Assembly (NCBI GenBank): GCA_964019335.1 | Contig: OZ025709.1 | Location: 372,001-436,000, forward strand | Direction of reading: 5' to 3' | Length of the DNA stretch: 64,000 nt | From: Diplonema japonicum | Taxonomy: Eukaryota; Protista; Euglenozoa: Diplonemea | In this document: positions 20,072-32,908 of the stretch, in pieces | Position numbering within the stretch: position 1 is the stretch's first letter | Layout of the letters: the number at the start of each line of letters is the position of its first letter | Notes under the pieces: model-generated | Seen by the model: only the letters and a program-made list of their open reading frames with translations | Told to the model about the DNA's origin: nothing | Database searches by the model: none | Program-made: the position numbers and the translations under genes

Positions 20072-23000
20072 TTACATAGAATCCCTCAAAGGCCGCGAGC
20101 ACTGCATCGAGACTGAAGAAGCAGCTTCGTCTTGTAAAATGTCAATAAGATGATCTTTGTGAGCCAGCTCGGCTTGGAGTATATTAATCTTTTCCCGCAG
20201 ATCGTGCACCTCATCCTTAGGGGGTGAGGGGTGGGCTGCAGCCATATCAGAAACATGCGTTCTCCTCCTCACCCACCTCCGCCGTCGAACAAAATCGTAC
20301 GACCGTTGCCGAGGGTGGAAAACACCTGACCACGAAGACGCATATTGAAAACCCTGTCCTTCTGAGGGCCACGCGAAAATATCTACTTGCCAGTCGTCGA
20401 TCCAAACCCAATTTTTTGAAGGGATAAATCTGTACCGCTCTTGAACAAGCCTTCCAGATTTGTCACTCCAGCAAGGAGGGTCGCCTGGAAGTAGAGTGTC
20501 CGTCCAACCAAGAAGAGGGTAGTACCGTTGATTTTCATAACATTCATCCTCCCAAACCGTTTGCCCGTCGATTTCCTTTAACGGGAGATAGCCGCAGCAT
20601 TTCTCGATTCCCTTTTCCACTCCGTTTTCTTCGAGGATTTTTCTGCCGAGTTCAACCGCGTTCTCCCTGACGTCTTGCAGGTTCGCCTCACAAATAGCAT
20701 CCATCAGCGTTCTTGGAGAGAGGTCGCCTTTCCTCACACACCTCCCTAACCGGTTTTGTTCTATGACTTTCCCCCAGAAAAGCTGGTCGCCGAAGAACGG
20801 GATTATTACCATTGGTCTTCCTGATGTTAGGACGGCCGCGACTGTACCTGCGCCGCCGTGATGGACCACAACGCAGCACTTCGGGAACAACCATGAATGG
20901 TCGACGGTGTCCTTCCACACCATCAGCTTGTCCTCCGTGCCCTTCTTTTCGGGGATTGTGAAGGACGCCTCGCATGTTTGTACCAACACCCTCGCCTGTG
21001 TGTGCTCCATCATCTGTTCCACTGTTTTGACAATCGCCTTTGTGCACGCATCGGAGTCGGACAGCACTATCGAACCGAACCCGATGTACAGCGGCGGCTC
21101 GCCTTTTGCGAGAAATTCTTCAAGTTTTTTGGGTGGTTCGTAAGCCTGGATTTTTTTTTTTTTTTTTTGAAAGAAGAAAAAAAGCGCACCTTGTTTCGTT
21201 CCAAAAACCAGTACCCCGCCATGCTGATGTGGCTCCCCCAGTCCGTGGGGCGCTGCAGCAGGAACTCCGAGAAACAGTACAGATGCGGTGTCTTCACTCT
21301 GGACGCGAGGCCTTGCGCGTGGTTCATCTCGCGCACCTTGAGCGTCCCGACACGGAACTCGTTGACTTTCGCACTGTTTTTTTTTTTCTTTTTTTTTTCC
21401 TTCTTCTTTTAAGCGACATACCCAAGCCCAAGCCATATCATCTTCTCGACAAGGTAATACGACTCTTGGTTGCCGAATGCATCGGTGGCGGCGAAGGGAT
21501 GTGGGTACATGGCAGTAGACGTCCATGGCATCGTGAAGTGCACTTGAAGATGCGTTTGCAGCCTCTCTGCGATGTGCACGTGGCACTGCACAGGGGGGTT
21601 CGCTATGATGACGTCCGGCCGGAAGTCATGAGGAGTGGTGCACGCCTGCCAGCACGTGTTGAAAATATCGAACATCATCTCCTTGTTCGCCTTGATGCGC
21701 TCCGTTTCCAGCGTAACCAAATCAGGGTTGTCGATCATGAAGGACATTAATTCGTCTGGCTCGCCTGCAATGGGGTAATATTCCACCCTCCCTACACCGG
21801 GCTCGACGGTCAGCCGTTGCTTCACCTCGGATTCGATGAAACCTTTGAATTTCGTATGTGTGGACAGTCTTACGGTGTGTCCTTTCTTAGCCAACCCGAG
21901 CGCGAGGGCTAGAAAGGGTTGCACGTCGCCTCGTGTTCCAACTACTAGCATTACGATAGATAGTGGGGGAACGGATGTGAACTTTTTGCTGCGTTCGTCT
22001 GACATTACCGTTTTGGCGAACACCTCCTCGAGGGACTGCTGGTTCAGGCAGTAGTCCTCGATGAATAGTTGTTGTTTGTTTTGCTCGATCTTCTGGAGGA
22101 TCCTGTGGCTTCGCGTGCCCCTCGGGAGTTGGAACGAGACCGCACCGTGCCGCGACGATGTGACCTTGTACCCCGGGACGATCTCCTCGATAAACCTAGT
22201 CACCGCCTGCGCCTTCACCTCATTCGGTGTTCGGACATCGAGCGCCCATCCTTTACCAAACCGTGCTGTGAGTTCCTGCAGTCTTCCCAAGCATCTCAGC
22301 TTTCCTTTCACTAAGATGCCCAGCCGGGTTGACAGAAGATGTACCTCATCGATGGAGTGCGAGGTCATCACTACAGTAGGACGTTTGCTAGCATGGTTTT
22401 GAACAGCTGTGGATGCAGAAGCCCCGCCTCCAAGTGCGGTCGACTGCCCGTCGCTCCGAACCTCCTTCATCCAGTTCAACATGAACTGCTGTGCACGCTT
22501 CTTCCCGATGAGATCCATGCCCGACGTCGGCTCGTCTAAAACCAATATATGCGGTCTGCCTATGAACGCCAGCAGAAGCGACAGCCTTCTTGTCACCGAA
22601 ATAGGAAGATCAGCAACATGAGAATACCGATATTTGTGAAGATCGAAAGCTGTCAACAATGCGATAGATAACGGGCACACAAGCTCAGCAGGAATCCCAC
22701 GAAGGGTCGCGAAGAATGTGATGTGCTCAGACACCGTTAGCTCCGGGATGAGCGCGTTCTTCTGCATGCAAACACCCATGTTGGACTGCCTAGTGATTAC
22801 ATCGTCCGTTAGAATGGATCTTCCATCTACAAAGGCATCGCCTTGCGATGGTGTGATCGCGCCTACTAGAAGATTCACGGTGGTTGTCTTCCCGGCTCCG
22901 CTCGGTCCGAGCAGCGCAAACACCTCACCAGGAGGGATTCGAAGGTCGAGGCATTTCAACGCCGTCACGCGCTCCTTGGTGTGCATGTAACATTTTCGAA

Positions 23001-26000
23001 GTTGGTGCATGAGAATCCCGTCCTTAGGGACATACCCGCAGGACCGCATTTTTTCAACGCTTTTTGTTTCCTTCTCGAGCTCCTCTCGGAGGTCCGGGAG
23101 GATGTCCTCGTTTGTCTCGTCTTGGTAGAACCCCGCGGGGCGTGGGAACCGTTTCTTCACGAACTTCAGAAACGAAACACGTTTCTCAAAAAGCGCGAGG
23201 AGGACGAGCCCGCAGGAAGCCGCGATGACGAACCCGTAAATAGGATACCTAACAAGGTAGAAAGGATTGTTTGAATGGTCGTCCGTTTCGACGTAATTAG
23301 CAAGAATGAGGTACGCGTTGATCAGAGAGTAGAGAGGGCTGAAGACGTAAACAGCAAGGTTGGAGAAATTCTTGATGAAGGTACCGCCCGAGGAAGTTAC
23401 CGAGACAGAGAAAATAAGCGGGATGCACATCGCTAGCAAGAACACGGTTGCGATCCCTGCCTGTGCCCTCCAAGGCGTTGTGTAGTAGTGCGCTGCAAGA
23501 TACGTCAATATCAACGACGCCTGCAGGTAAAGAAACGTCACAACCCCCAACGCAGTAGCCTCCGCAAAGTACCGGAACATCGGGTCCAGCGTGATAAAGA
23601 TCCCCATCACGACTATTGTGATCCCGAGCGACACAACTGAGTCCCATAAATAATGCCCAGCCCAGTACACCCATGTCGGGAGGCCTGTGATTTGCTGAAG
23701 AAGCCTTACACCGCTGATGCTCTCCGTCACTATGGGTGCTGCAAACCCCGATGATATAAACGACATCCCAACTGAGACCAAGACACCGAAAGTCAAGACG
23801 GGCATCGCATTGTCGATGATCTGCTTCTCGGGCATTGCGTGTATGCTGGTGCTGACACGGGGGACCCCGTTGTTAAACAGGCTCCTCAGGTCCTTGGTGA
23901 TGGACGGTGTTTCAGGTGTCTCTGTCCAGTTGGCATAGTCGAGGCGGGAAAGCATCAAATTCAGGTACAGGTTCCACATCGCGGGCAACACATGAGCGCT
24001 GCTCGCGTTGTACCACACAATGATGTCCCCTGTTGAGCTGTTCCTCTGCACCGAAGCTCCGGTCACTCCGTACTCTGTAGACGTGGCGCTTACGACGTCT
24101 ATCAAGCTGGCTTCGTCAGGGATCTTGTTGAAGGATGTCCAGGTGTTGTACCCTTGGAATGGTTCCGAGCTGACGAAGAACTCCCCTTGGATGGGGATCG
24201 TGATGAACTGGTGACCTCCATCGTCTACATCGTAAGGTGCGATGTATTCGGGTGCCAGCGTCAATGCGGGGTTCACCTTGCGGTCTGTCGAGAACTGCAG
24301 CGCCAGCAGCCCCGTCACCACGAACCACAGCGGCACGACAAGATGGAAGAACAGCATCCGTGTATTATTCTTCGTCATGTTGTACCTCTTAAGCGTCACC
24401 AAGATGCACAGCTGCGAAAGCAGCGACGCGCCCTGTGACGAAGCCGATGTGAAGATAACCTCTGGAAGAACCTTGTTGGGGCCCAACGGTGGGCTTACAG
24501 GCACCCAGTCGCCCAACGACTGGTCCAGTGGGCTGACTATATTTGGTACATCAGGTGCTGGGGGCGGTAGTCGCAGCGACTCAGACAGTGCCACTGATGT
24601 CTGAAAGACTTCCTCGGTTATCTGCACAACTTCAGGCGATGATTCTGCATGCGATACTGCTTTCTCTGCTTGCGTATCCGGCTGTGTTTCGGCCACTTCA
24701 GATGGGGCGGGTTCTGACCTCGCGTGCGTTCCTGTGGTCGATTCTTCGCTGATGTCTTCCTCTGCTGTGAAAAGGTTGCCATCCGACGGTTCTACTTTGT
24801 CCGCTTCCCCTAATATCTCGCTCATCACAAGCGTTTCCTGCTGCAGAAGAGCGTCGTCGGCAAGGTCCAACTCCTCCTCTTTGGAGTCCGGTTCGTCTTC
24901 AAACAGTTCTTCTTCTTCTTCTTCTTCCTCAGTTCGTTCCTCGGTCTTCAGAATGTCACCGTCAATTTCGGGCTGCAGCTCACCGAGTTCGATGGGAAGG
25001 GGCAGGTGCAGCTCGGGTACCACGGGTGCAGGTTCGGGCGGGGCATCGCCTTCGTCGGGAGCTGTGGGGACGTGAACGCCATCCCACTCTGGTGGTGGGG
25101 TGGGGGTAGGGTCCAGCAGCAGCGGTCGCGTCGCCTTTGGCTTGCGGCGTGACCCCTCGAGCTCTGTGTCGTACGGCGTGATGACAATGGGGCTGAACGA
25201 CCTGTTTGGGGTGCGCGGGCTTGCATCGGGTTCGAAGCAAACGTCAGCATTGTCGATGAACTCTTGCAAATTGGTGTCTTGCCAGAAAGAGTTCAGCTTT
25301 GCAGGCTGCCCCTCTACCCTGGGCGTCACGCACTCCCCAAACGGCGATGCTTGTGGCGCCATAGTAAGAGGCGACATCGTCATGGGCACAGGGGTTTGAA
25401 GCCTGTTTGTCTGATCATTGGTATGTCGCGACGCGCATGCCCTGCACATGGTAGTTTTACATATATCACAGTACAAGGCTTCAGATCCACGTGTTGCGTT
25501 GCCATCGCATTTTTCGTTAGGCCCACTACCCGCACAGGGGGTCTTGGATTCGATCGCGCGAAACACATGTCCTGAGGGGCACGCTATGATCTCCTCACCC
25601 TCTTCGAGGAGGCTCAGGAAAATATCCTCCAGGCTGTTCGTTTTCAACGACCATGTTTTAACCCGCCCATGGAGGGAGGAACCCTTGGTCTCCAGACCTC
25701 GCAGTAAATATGTCAACTCGTCGACGTTTTGCAGCGGGACGTGCACTTTGATCTCCACTTTCGACTCACGCAGGAAGGAGGATGGTGCGAGCCTGCTGAC
25801 AGAGTGCACCAGCTGTTCCTGCTCTGGCTCGGGGCTGTCTGAACCTGACTCCGAGTACCCGTCACGATGGGTTTTCAGCCTTGTGGATTTGCCAATGGTA
25901 ACTAAGTAGCCGCAACCAAACGTTTTCTTCAAAAAACCGGAAGACCCCACACATCGCGGACGGCCCTTCTGCATGATTGTGATACGGTCAGCAACAAACT

Positions 26001-28380
26001 CCGCTTCCTCCATAGAGGATGTAACTAATACCACGATCCTATTCTTCTTCAGCCTTCGGATAAGATCTCTGAGCTTCTGTATCGACACAGGGTCCATGTC
26101 CGTTGTGGGTTCATCCAAGAAGACAAGCCGCGAGTCACCTAAGAAAGCCATGGCAACCTGTAGCTTCTTCTTCTGCCCCGGAGTGAGGTTCCCGATTCGT
26201 TGGTTTCGCTGTGTTAAGAGCTCGACCTCGGCCGCCATGCTCTCTGCTTGCGCTTTAACCTGCAGCCTCGGTATTCCTTTTATTATGCTAGCCAGCACTA
26301 AATGTTCGTACACCGTCAGACATTCGTAGAGGTAGTCCTTTTCAGGAGCGAGTCCCATCTTCATCCTGTACTGAAACAACGCAGGCTGGATTACTCTCCC
26401 TGCCAAGTACACTTGGCCTGCATCGGGAATCATCTGGCCAGTCAGGCATCGGATTAACGATGATTTTCCTTCGGATCCGAGAATGGCAAAAACCTGTCCC
26501 GGGTACAAGTCCAGACTCACCTCGTCAAGGACACGCTTCCTGTCGTTGCAGATGTTTAACCCAATTCCGAACTTTCTTGCAATGGGCACGGATGCGGTCA
26601 GGCCTCTGACAGAAAGCACGTTTTTCGAAGGGTCTTTGGGTCCCGCTTCGTATGCTGGTTGAGAGGGTATCGCAGGCGGCCGCTCAGTAAGGGGTGAGCT
26701 GCACCAATACGTACGTTGGAACGGGAAGTACCATTTGTACCCGTTCTGCGTAACCCTGCTGATGTACCATGTGAGGAGGAGGTACAGAAATGCATCGCCC
26801 ACCATCATCCCCAACGTCGTGGAAATACTGAAGTCATCGTCCTTGTCGATGGTTCCCAACCCGACCGCTGCCTTGCCTGTGGAAAGATTCGACCATGTCA
26901 CCTTGCCCCCTTCATCGTTGATACGTATTACGATTTCGGAGAATCCAAGGATGAGGGCCACAGGGGAGAGAAGAGACCCACCGAGCTTGCGATTTGACAC
27001 AATGCAACCCTCGGCTTGGCCGTAATGTGTTTCATTGCACTCGGCGAGAGATATACCCGTGATGATGGTTATGCTGTAGATGACAACGCAAAAGACGGGT
27101 GTGTAGGAAGGGTTTGTGAAGAAAACAGCGACGAGCTGCGCGGCGGCAACAACACTGAAGACGAAGCAAAAGATGTACACGAACATCACGGCAACATCGA
27201 CATTAATGAGCGCTTTCGACTGCACGAGGATAAGCACCTGGAAGATGATCGGGATGGTACTAACGAAACAGGCTGCTCCCACCGTCGCGGCACCCTGCGC
27301 AACGGGGGAAAGCCCCAATACATGGAGACACGGTGTACTGCCAGCTTCTCTCGCACGCACGGACGATGTTGCAGCTACCGAAAACGTCATCAGCCAAGAC
27401 AGAGCAACCACAGGCCCACCACCCCGTCGAAATATCTGGTCCCTTGCAACCATCCACCGTAAAGATTCGGAGTTCTCTGCCAAGGAGAGGTTGCCGATTC
27501 GCATTTGGATGTCCTGCGAAGGCGGTGGATATCGTCGAACGTACGTGTTTTGCATCTCATACATAGTGGCATTGATGGATTCAGACCCGATAGCAAGGCT
27601 GAAGATAGCTCGGTCCAATGCTGCCTGCAACGCGAGAAGCTTCTTCGTATATTTTCTGGTAGGTGCTGCTACGTATGGTTTCACAGATGAAAAGGTGAGG
27701 TCGCCGCTGGGAAGGTCGCTTTGATGGATGACATAGTGCAGACCGTCATAGGTTGGCATAGTTGCGTTCCACCCCGAGAGCGTCATCCTCCTCCCAAGGG
27801 TCACACATGACTTGTGCAGTGACAGTGCTCTTGAAAAGGTAATCGCGGCGAATGGGAGGATCGTGTTGTTGGTGGCGCTGCACAGGATTTTCTCCATATC
27901 TTCCGACTCGTCGAACCACCTCTGCTTTCCCTGATAGTTCTCCGCCGCCAGCATTCTTGACACCACCTCTGTCAGCGTTTTTCTTGCCGTCTTCCATGTT
28001 GCGTCACTGTCGTCTGCTCGTGTGTCGATCGCAAACCACAGTTCACCCTGCTGCATTCCTGTTGCATAGCTCTCTTTAAGTATACCGTCAGACGGGAGGC
28101 ATCCAGTCGGAGGTGGTGAATGTTGGCTGTACAGATTTCCATCTGAATCCGGTCCGCCCATTACATAGAAGAGCAAGCAGAATATACCGACAACCATCAC
28201 AGGGAACAACGCTTCTGCTACCGCATATACCGGGTACCTCTTGCGGACTTTCAAGTTTGTGATGAAGAGGTGCAAGGTTTGTCTCAGGACAGTGAGAGGG
28301 GGAACCCCTGTGAGGAGGCTGACATCACGCTGCTTTGCAAAATAGTCGGATTTTGACTGGCATGACGGACGTGATGCCAT
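20072..28380 (-). CDS. ABCA-type full transporter fused to a sterol 3-beta-glucosyltransferase-like (GT1) domain and a DysF domain (~2738 aa); 2 introns
   Basis: TMD-NBD-TMD-NBD (FLDEPT, GPSGAGKTT, VLDEPTSGMD, QQSLEEVF), then in the same exon VGTRGDVQPF...FTMPW. GT-AG introns 21374-21421 and 21146-21189 restore the frame to YIGFGS, HHGGAGT, PFFGDQ, then YENQRY...W...RRRRWVRRR. Exons sum to 8217 nt. Confidence 0.9.
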
Positions 28381-28475
28381 AACATGGTGTGTGTGGCCTG
28401 TAGGTGTAGAATTGTAAGAAGATAGAAAAAAAAAAAAAAAAAAAAAAACTGTTTTTTTTTTTTTTTTTTTTTCTT

Positions 28476-28724
28476 TTAAGCATCGAAATCGCCTTTCAGT
28501 ACAACGAAGACATGCTGGTCATCTTTCAGCTCGTTGCACACGAGAGCGCTCCCGGAGTACATATTTCCACCCTCTTGTCGGATCCCAAGCGGTCTTCCTA
28601 ACCCGACCCCATGGCTAGAGTCATAACGTGTCACGCCCACATTTCCCAACCACGAAATCTTTTGGCCGCCCTCACCGCATTCAACTGTTATAACCTTTTC
28701 CCTCACGTGTACATGGATATGCAT
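28476..28724 (-). CDS. Small stand-alone Par3/HAL N-terminal (ubiquitin-like fold) domain protein (82 aa)
   Basis: IHVHVREKVITVECGEG..KISWLG..GVTRY...LKDDQHVFVVLKGD resembles the animal histidine ammonia-lyase N-terminal domain pattern (recognised from memory). Confidence 0.65.
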   Translation of the reverse strand: MHIHVHVREKVITVECGEGGQKISWLGNVGVTRYDSSHGVGLGRPLGIRQEGGNMYSGSALVCNELKDDQHVFVVLKGDFDA

Positions 28725-28916
28725 TAAGTGCTTTCAATCCAGGGGGGGGGGGGGGGGGGGATGAAACTTTTTTTTTTTTGCTTTTTCGGCGTAAAAAAGA
28801 AAAAAAAAAGAAAGAAAGAAAAAAAAAAAAACACTTTTTTTTTTTTTTTTTTATCGCGACAGATTCCATAGGCAACAGCCCCTTTTTTTTTGTTGAAAAA
28901 AAAAAAAAACTTTTTT

Positions 28917-29948
28917 TTATTCCTCTTTGACCTTGACCTCAACGACCCCGTCCTCCTTCATTCTGTAAGCAGTGGGTGGTTTGGGGAGGGCGACTTTTTC
29001 CCATCTGAATGGTTTGCTCCAGAAGGTTTCGTGCACCCGAGTGTCGTCGCCAGACCCGGGGGGCGCGGCAAGAAGACGGTCGCGAAGGAGCTGCACCGCT
29101 TTGTCCTGCTCGGGCTTGTAGCTGGCCGAGTAGTACCGTACGTCCTCCAGTGCTACGTGTCGTTCTTTGTTGTCTTCTGTGAACTTCCTCTGAATGTAGT
29201 CTAGGTCGCTGGGCAGCCGGGGGAGATAACACAGAACAGCGACGACAAACGCACTTTTCACAAAAACAGCAAGCCCATGCAGAAACAAACCGTACGTTCT
29301 GTTGAGCCATGGCACTACCGATACCCGTGTCCCTTCCACTTCCCAACCGTGTTCCTGCGTCAGATTTTCAAGCAGAATTTGCATTCCCTTCGGTTGGGTC
29401 AAGACCGCGACTGTATCTTCGGTGTGTGCACCGTTCTTCAAAGCTTTTGTAAAGCGATCCATCCCGCTTGGTTTCCCCAACAACATGGAGACGTACTCCT
29501 CCCGTGAGTGTATGTATGCAAATGCTGGGCATAATTTTGGGTTAGGTATGTGGATGACCCTCGGGAAGTCCACTGTCGATGTGACTTCAAGTGAAGATTT
29601 GGGGCTCCAACTCCGTGTTGCTTGGAGCCCTGTGTCATGTTTCACCCCTATGAAGGGCACGCCGATGAATACGGTTGAGTAGTTCTTGTTGTTCGTGAGC
29701 TCTGACAGTGTTCTCTTTATGTACCATTGGCTGACATTCATCAGGAACAGTGGGTACACCTCCACCCGAGCTGCCGTCTGCTTGTTCGTGAACACCAGCT
29801 TTCTCGACGTCAGGAACTTCGTCTCCTCCCGTTTCTTCCCGTCCTCCATCTCTATGATCTCGGTGCCCTGCAGATCTTCTTTCGAAACCCCTGCTGTTTT
29901 TTTCGGCACCGCCGTGGCACACCCCCTTATTGATATTCTTTTCAGCAT
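28917..29948 (-). CDS. Hypothetical protein (343 aa), probable mitochondrial presequence, one hydrophobic segment near the C-terminus
   Basis: Starts MLKRISIRGCAT after an A-rich run. Clean ORF. Confidence 0.75.
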   Translation of the reverse strand: MLKRISIRGCATAVPKKTAGVSKEDLQGTEIIEMEDGKKREETKFLTSRKLVFTNKQTAARVEVYPLFLMNVSQWYIKRTLSELTNNKNYSTVFIGVPFIGVKHDTGLQATRSWSPKSSLEVTSTVDFPRVIHIPNPKLCPAFAYIHSREEYVSMLLGKPSGMDRFTKALKNGAHTEDTVAVLTQPKGMQILLENLTQEHGWEVEGTRVSVVPWLNRTYGLFLHGLAVFVKSAFVVAVLCYLPRLPSDLDYIQRKFTEDNKERHVALEDVRYYSASYKPEQDKAVQLLRDRLLAAPPGSGDDTRVHETFWSKPFRWEKVALPKPPTAYRMKEDGVVEVKVKEE

Positions 29949-30062
29949 TTTCTTTTTTGTCCCCCTTCCCTCCTTTTTCTTTTTTTTGAAAATACTTTTT
30001 TTTTTTGTTCCCGGAGGGAGAGTGGGGGGGGGGGGGAATTTTTTCCAACTTTTCCTTATGTA

Positions 30063-30105
<43 letters not shown>

Positions 30106-30123
30106 CCCAACATCCCTTGTTCT

Positions 30124-30993
30124 TCACAAGTGATTGTGTTTGTTCCTGAAGCACTCCAGTACTTTGATCCTTCCGGTGTACTCGTCATGCTGCTTGCGCT
30201 TCGAGATGCTCCGTGCGAGTGAGAGTTGTTCTTGCGACTCTAGCTGCCTGCTGCAGGAGTCTTGGATCCAGGCCTCCGCAGCTTGCTTCCGTCTGAGTCG
30301 TGCTGCGTAAGAAGAGACAGCACGCTGCTTCTCGTCAGCCTGCCATGACGTGTCGAGGCCTCGAGGGGAGGTGAACTCTGTTCCTAAAGACGGCGGGTTA
30401 AAGCTGGTTACAGGGTATTTTGTATTGGTAAGCCTCCCTGGTGGGGGCGGCTTTCGTAACAAATGTGGTGCCTGGCAAGAGGGGAGATTTGCGGCAACGA
30501 AGGCATCTGGGACAGTGACGGAGCGGGTGAGCATAGGATCTCTCTCCCTCTCCGCAGTGCTGCATAGAGTTGTTTTTGAGTTGACAGCGGTTTTGTTCGG
30601 CCTTGGTAGTTCCGGGAGCTCCTCTGGGCCGTCGTGCCGGGTCTTGTTGAGTTCTCTTATTTTCTCGATTTCATTGAAGTACTTTAGTGTTGTGCTGGCA
30701 GATTTCATTCTTGTCTCTTCTCTTGCGCCGTCGGCGGCTGTTCTCCCTTGTGCGGCTAGCGGAGCGCCTCGTAGCTTGCCGCCTTCTCTTTTCCAGTTTG
30801 TTTTTCCTGTCACTACTCTTTTTCGGAGCCGGGCCCCTTGCATTCTTCCGTGTCCAGGAAGCCCTCTCACCTCACTCCTTGTCATTCCGTTGGGGTACCT
30901 CCATGGCTGTGCTTCTACTGCGGTTGCCCAGTCTATGTATTTGTCAACCCGGTTTTTCGAGGTGCTGCTGTTGCAGCTTTCAATACGCCGCAT
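30124..30993 (-). CDS. Hypothetical basic protein (289 aa)
   Basis: ATG at 30993, clean ORF, same strand as neighbours. Confidence 0.7.
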   Translation of the reverse strand: MRRIESCNSSTSKNRVDKYIDWATAVEAQPWRYPNGMTRSEVRGLPGHGRMQGARLRKRVVTGKTNWKREGGKLRGAPLAAQGRTAADGAREETRMKSASTTLKYFNEIEKIRELNKTRHDGPEELPELPRPNKTAVNSKTTLCSTAERERDPMLTRSVTVPDAFVAANLPSCQAPHLLRKPPPPGRLTNTKYPVTSFNPPSLGTEFTSPRGLDTSWQADEKQRAVSSYAARLRRKQAAEAWIQDSCSRQLESQEQLSLARSISKRKQHDEYTGRIKVLECFRNKHNHL

Positions 30994-32125
30994 TTCCCCC
31001 CCCCCTAGACACACCCAACCTGCGGGATTTGATGGATTTTTTTTTTTTTTTTTTGTAAATAAAAAAAAGTTTAATATAAAACGAAGCTGAAGACACCAAG
31101 AAAAAAAAGGGGGGGGTTTTTTTTTAAAAAAAGATTTTTTTTTTCCCTTGTAACAAGTAATCTTCGTAGTGGGGAGATCGGGGAGGGAAAAGAAGAAAAA
31201 AAAAGTTTTTTGTTTATCGAGTACCCCTTAAGAAACAACCCAGGAGTTTCCCCCCCCCCCCACCCCCGAAAAAAGAGATCAGGGTCAACACTTTCCCCCC
31301 CCTTTTTATTTTTCTCATTCTCCCATTTGGTACCTGAAGAAGATTGTCATTCCTTTTTTTTTTTTGGTTTTGCTTTATTTTCTTTATCTTTCTTCACCAC
31401 TGTATTAATTTTTTTTATTTGTGTTCCCAATAAAAAAAAAGAAGAATTGAAAAAAAAGGGGGAAGCTGGGTGAGGAGGACGGTTAGGAACGGATTGGAAG
31501 TTAAAAGTATTTTTAAGAAAAAAGGGGGGGGTGTTATGCTGGGGGGAAGGGAAAAAATGGGGGGGATGTAAAAAAAGAAAGAAACACTTTGTTGTTACAC
31601 TTGGTTTTTTTTTTTTTTTTTTTTCTTTTGTAAGAGAAACATAAAACATTCTGGCGTTGTACAGCCTCCGAACGCGAGCAAAAAAAAAAAAAGAAAAAGA
31701 AAAGGGAAAAAAAAAAAAGAAAAAAAAAAGATGTGTTATAATCTGTATTGGAAACTTTAAAAAAAAAAAATTGCTCTGAGGACGAAGAGCTCTAGCACTA
31801 ACTGTTTGTCAACAAGAATTATTTTTTGTTTTATTTTTCTCTTTCTTTTTTATTTCCCAGACAGTTCTTTTCCTTTCGTAGTTCCTTTAATTTCTTTTTT
31901 TTTTTTAGCCAGGCCTTATCAGATAAAAAAAAAAAGAGGGGGAAAAAAAAACAAGGCAGCATCCTTTAACCAACAACATTATACCCTTTTTTTCTTCGAG
32001 CAAAATTCTTTTTTAGTGTTTTTTTTTTCCCCTCCCCTCATTTTTTTTTTAAATATAAAAAAGGTCATTTCACGGTTTCCCAAATATATTGAAACATTGA
32101 ACATGATATTTGGACAATCCCTTCG

Positions 32126-32164
<39 letters not shown>

Positions 32165-32764
32165 ACTGGGCGTTGTTTATTCGTGCCTGGGTAGGAAACT
32201 GGAGAAGTTTATAACCCGTAAACACGCTGCCAAAAGTCCCCCTTGTTGTGACAAATCAAAGACTTGTGCGGGGAGAAAAAAAAAAAAAAAAAAGAAGAAA
32301 AAAAGAAAAAAAAAAGGGAGGGGAAAAAAACCATAGAGGCCAAGGGGGAAGGGGAAGAGCAAAAAAGAAAAGAAAATCACGTGAAAAAATATAAAAGAGG
32401 GGGGGGGCCTTCTAAAAATTAAAGAGAAGTTTTTTTTATTTGTTCTTATTCTCTTTTTATTTTTTGAATTTTTTTTAGCCAGCGAGCGTGTCACAGTGGG
32501 GAAGAGAGGAGGGGAAGGGAGAAGGGGGGGGGGGGGGGCTAAGGCATAGAATGCCCAAAAAGAACGGAAGGTAAAAAAAAGGGGGGGGGGGAAGGCAAAG
32601 TAAAAAAAAATTCTATTTTTTTTTTAAAATTACTATTTCTTTTTTTTTTTCTTGTTTCTTCGCTGCCAAAAATTTAATAATTTTAATATTTTCCTCTTCT
32701 TTTTTTTTTTTTACTCCCTCCCTTGTCTATGCTATCGTTGTCTGTGTATAAGTTAATAAATAAA

Positions 32765-32798
<34 letters not shown>

Positions 32799-32908
32799 AA
32801 AAAGACGTTCGAGGAAAAAAAAGGGGACATGGGAAGGGGAGGAGGGGAAATTTTCCTTCAAATAAAAAATAAAAAAAAGAAGATGCACACTACACCACCA
32901 CACTAGCC

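Noticed and set aside
31000-32900. Many poly-Lys/Phe/Pro ORFs in spacers, and homopolymer-derived N-terminal extensions of ORF-track entries
   Set aside because: Translations of A/T/G/C homopolymer tracts; real starts are the downstream ATGs.
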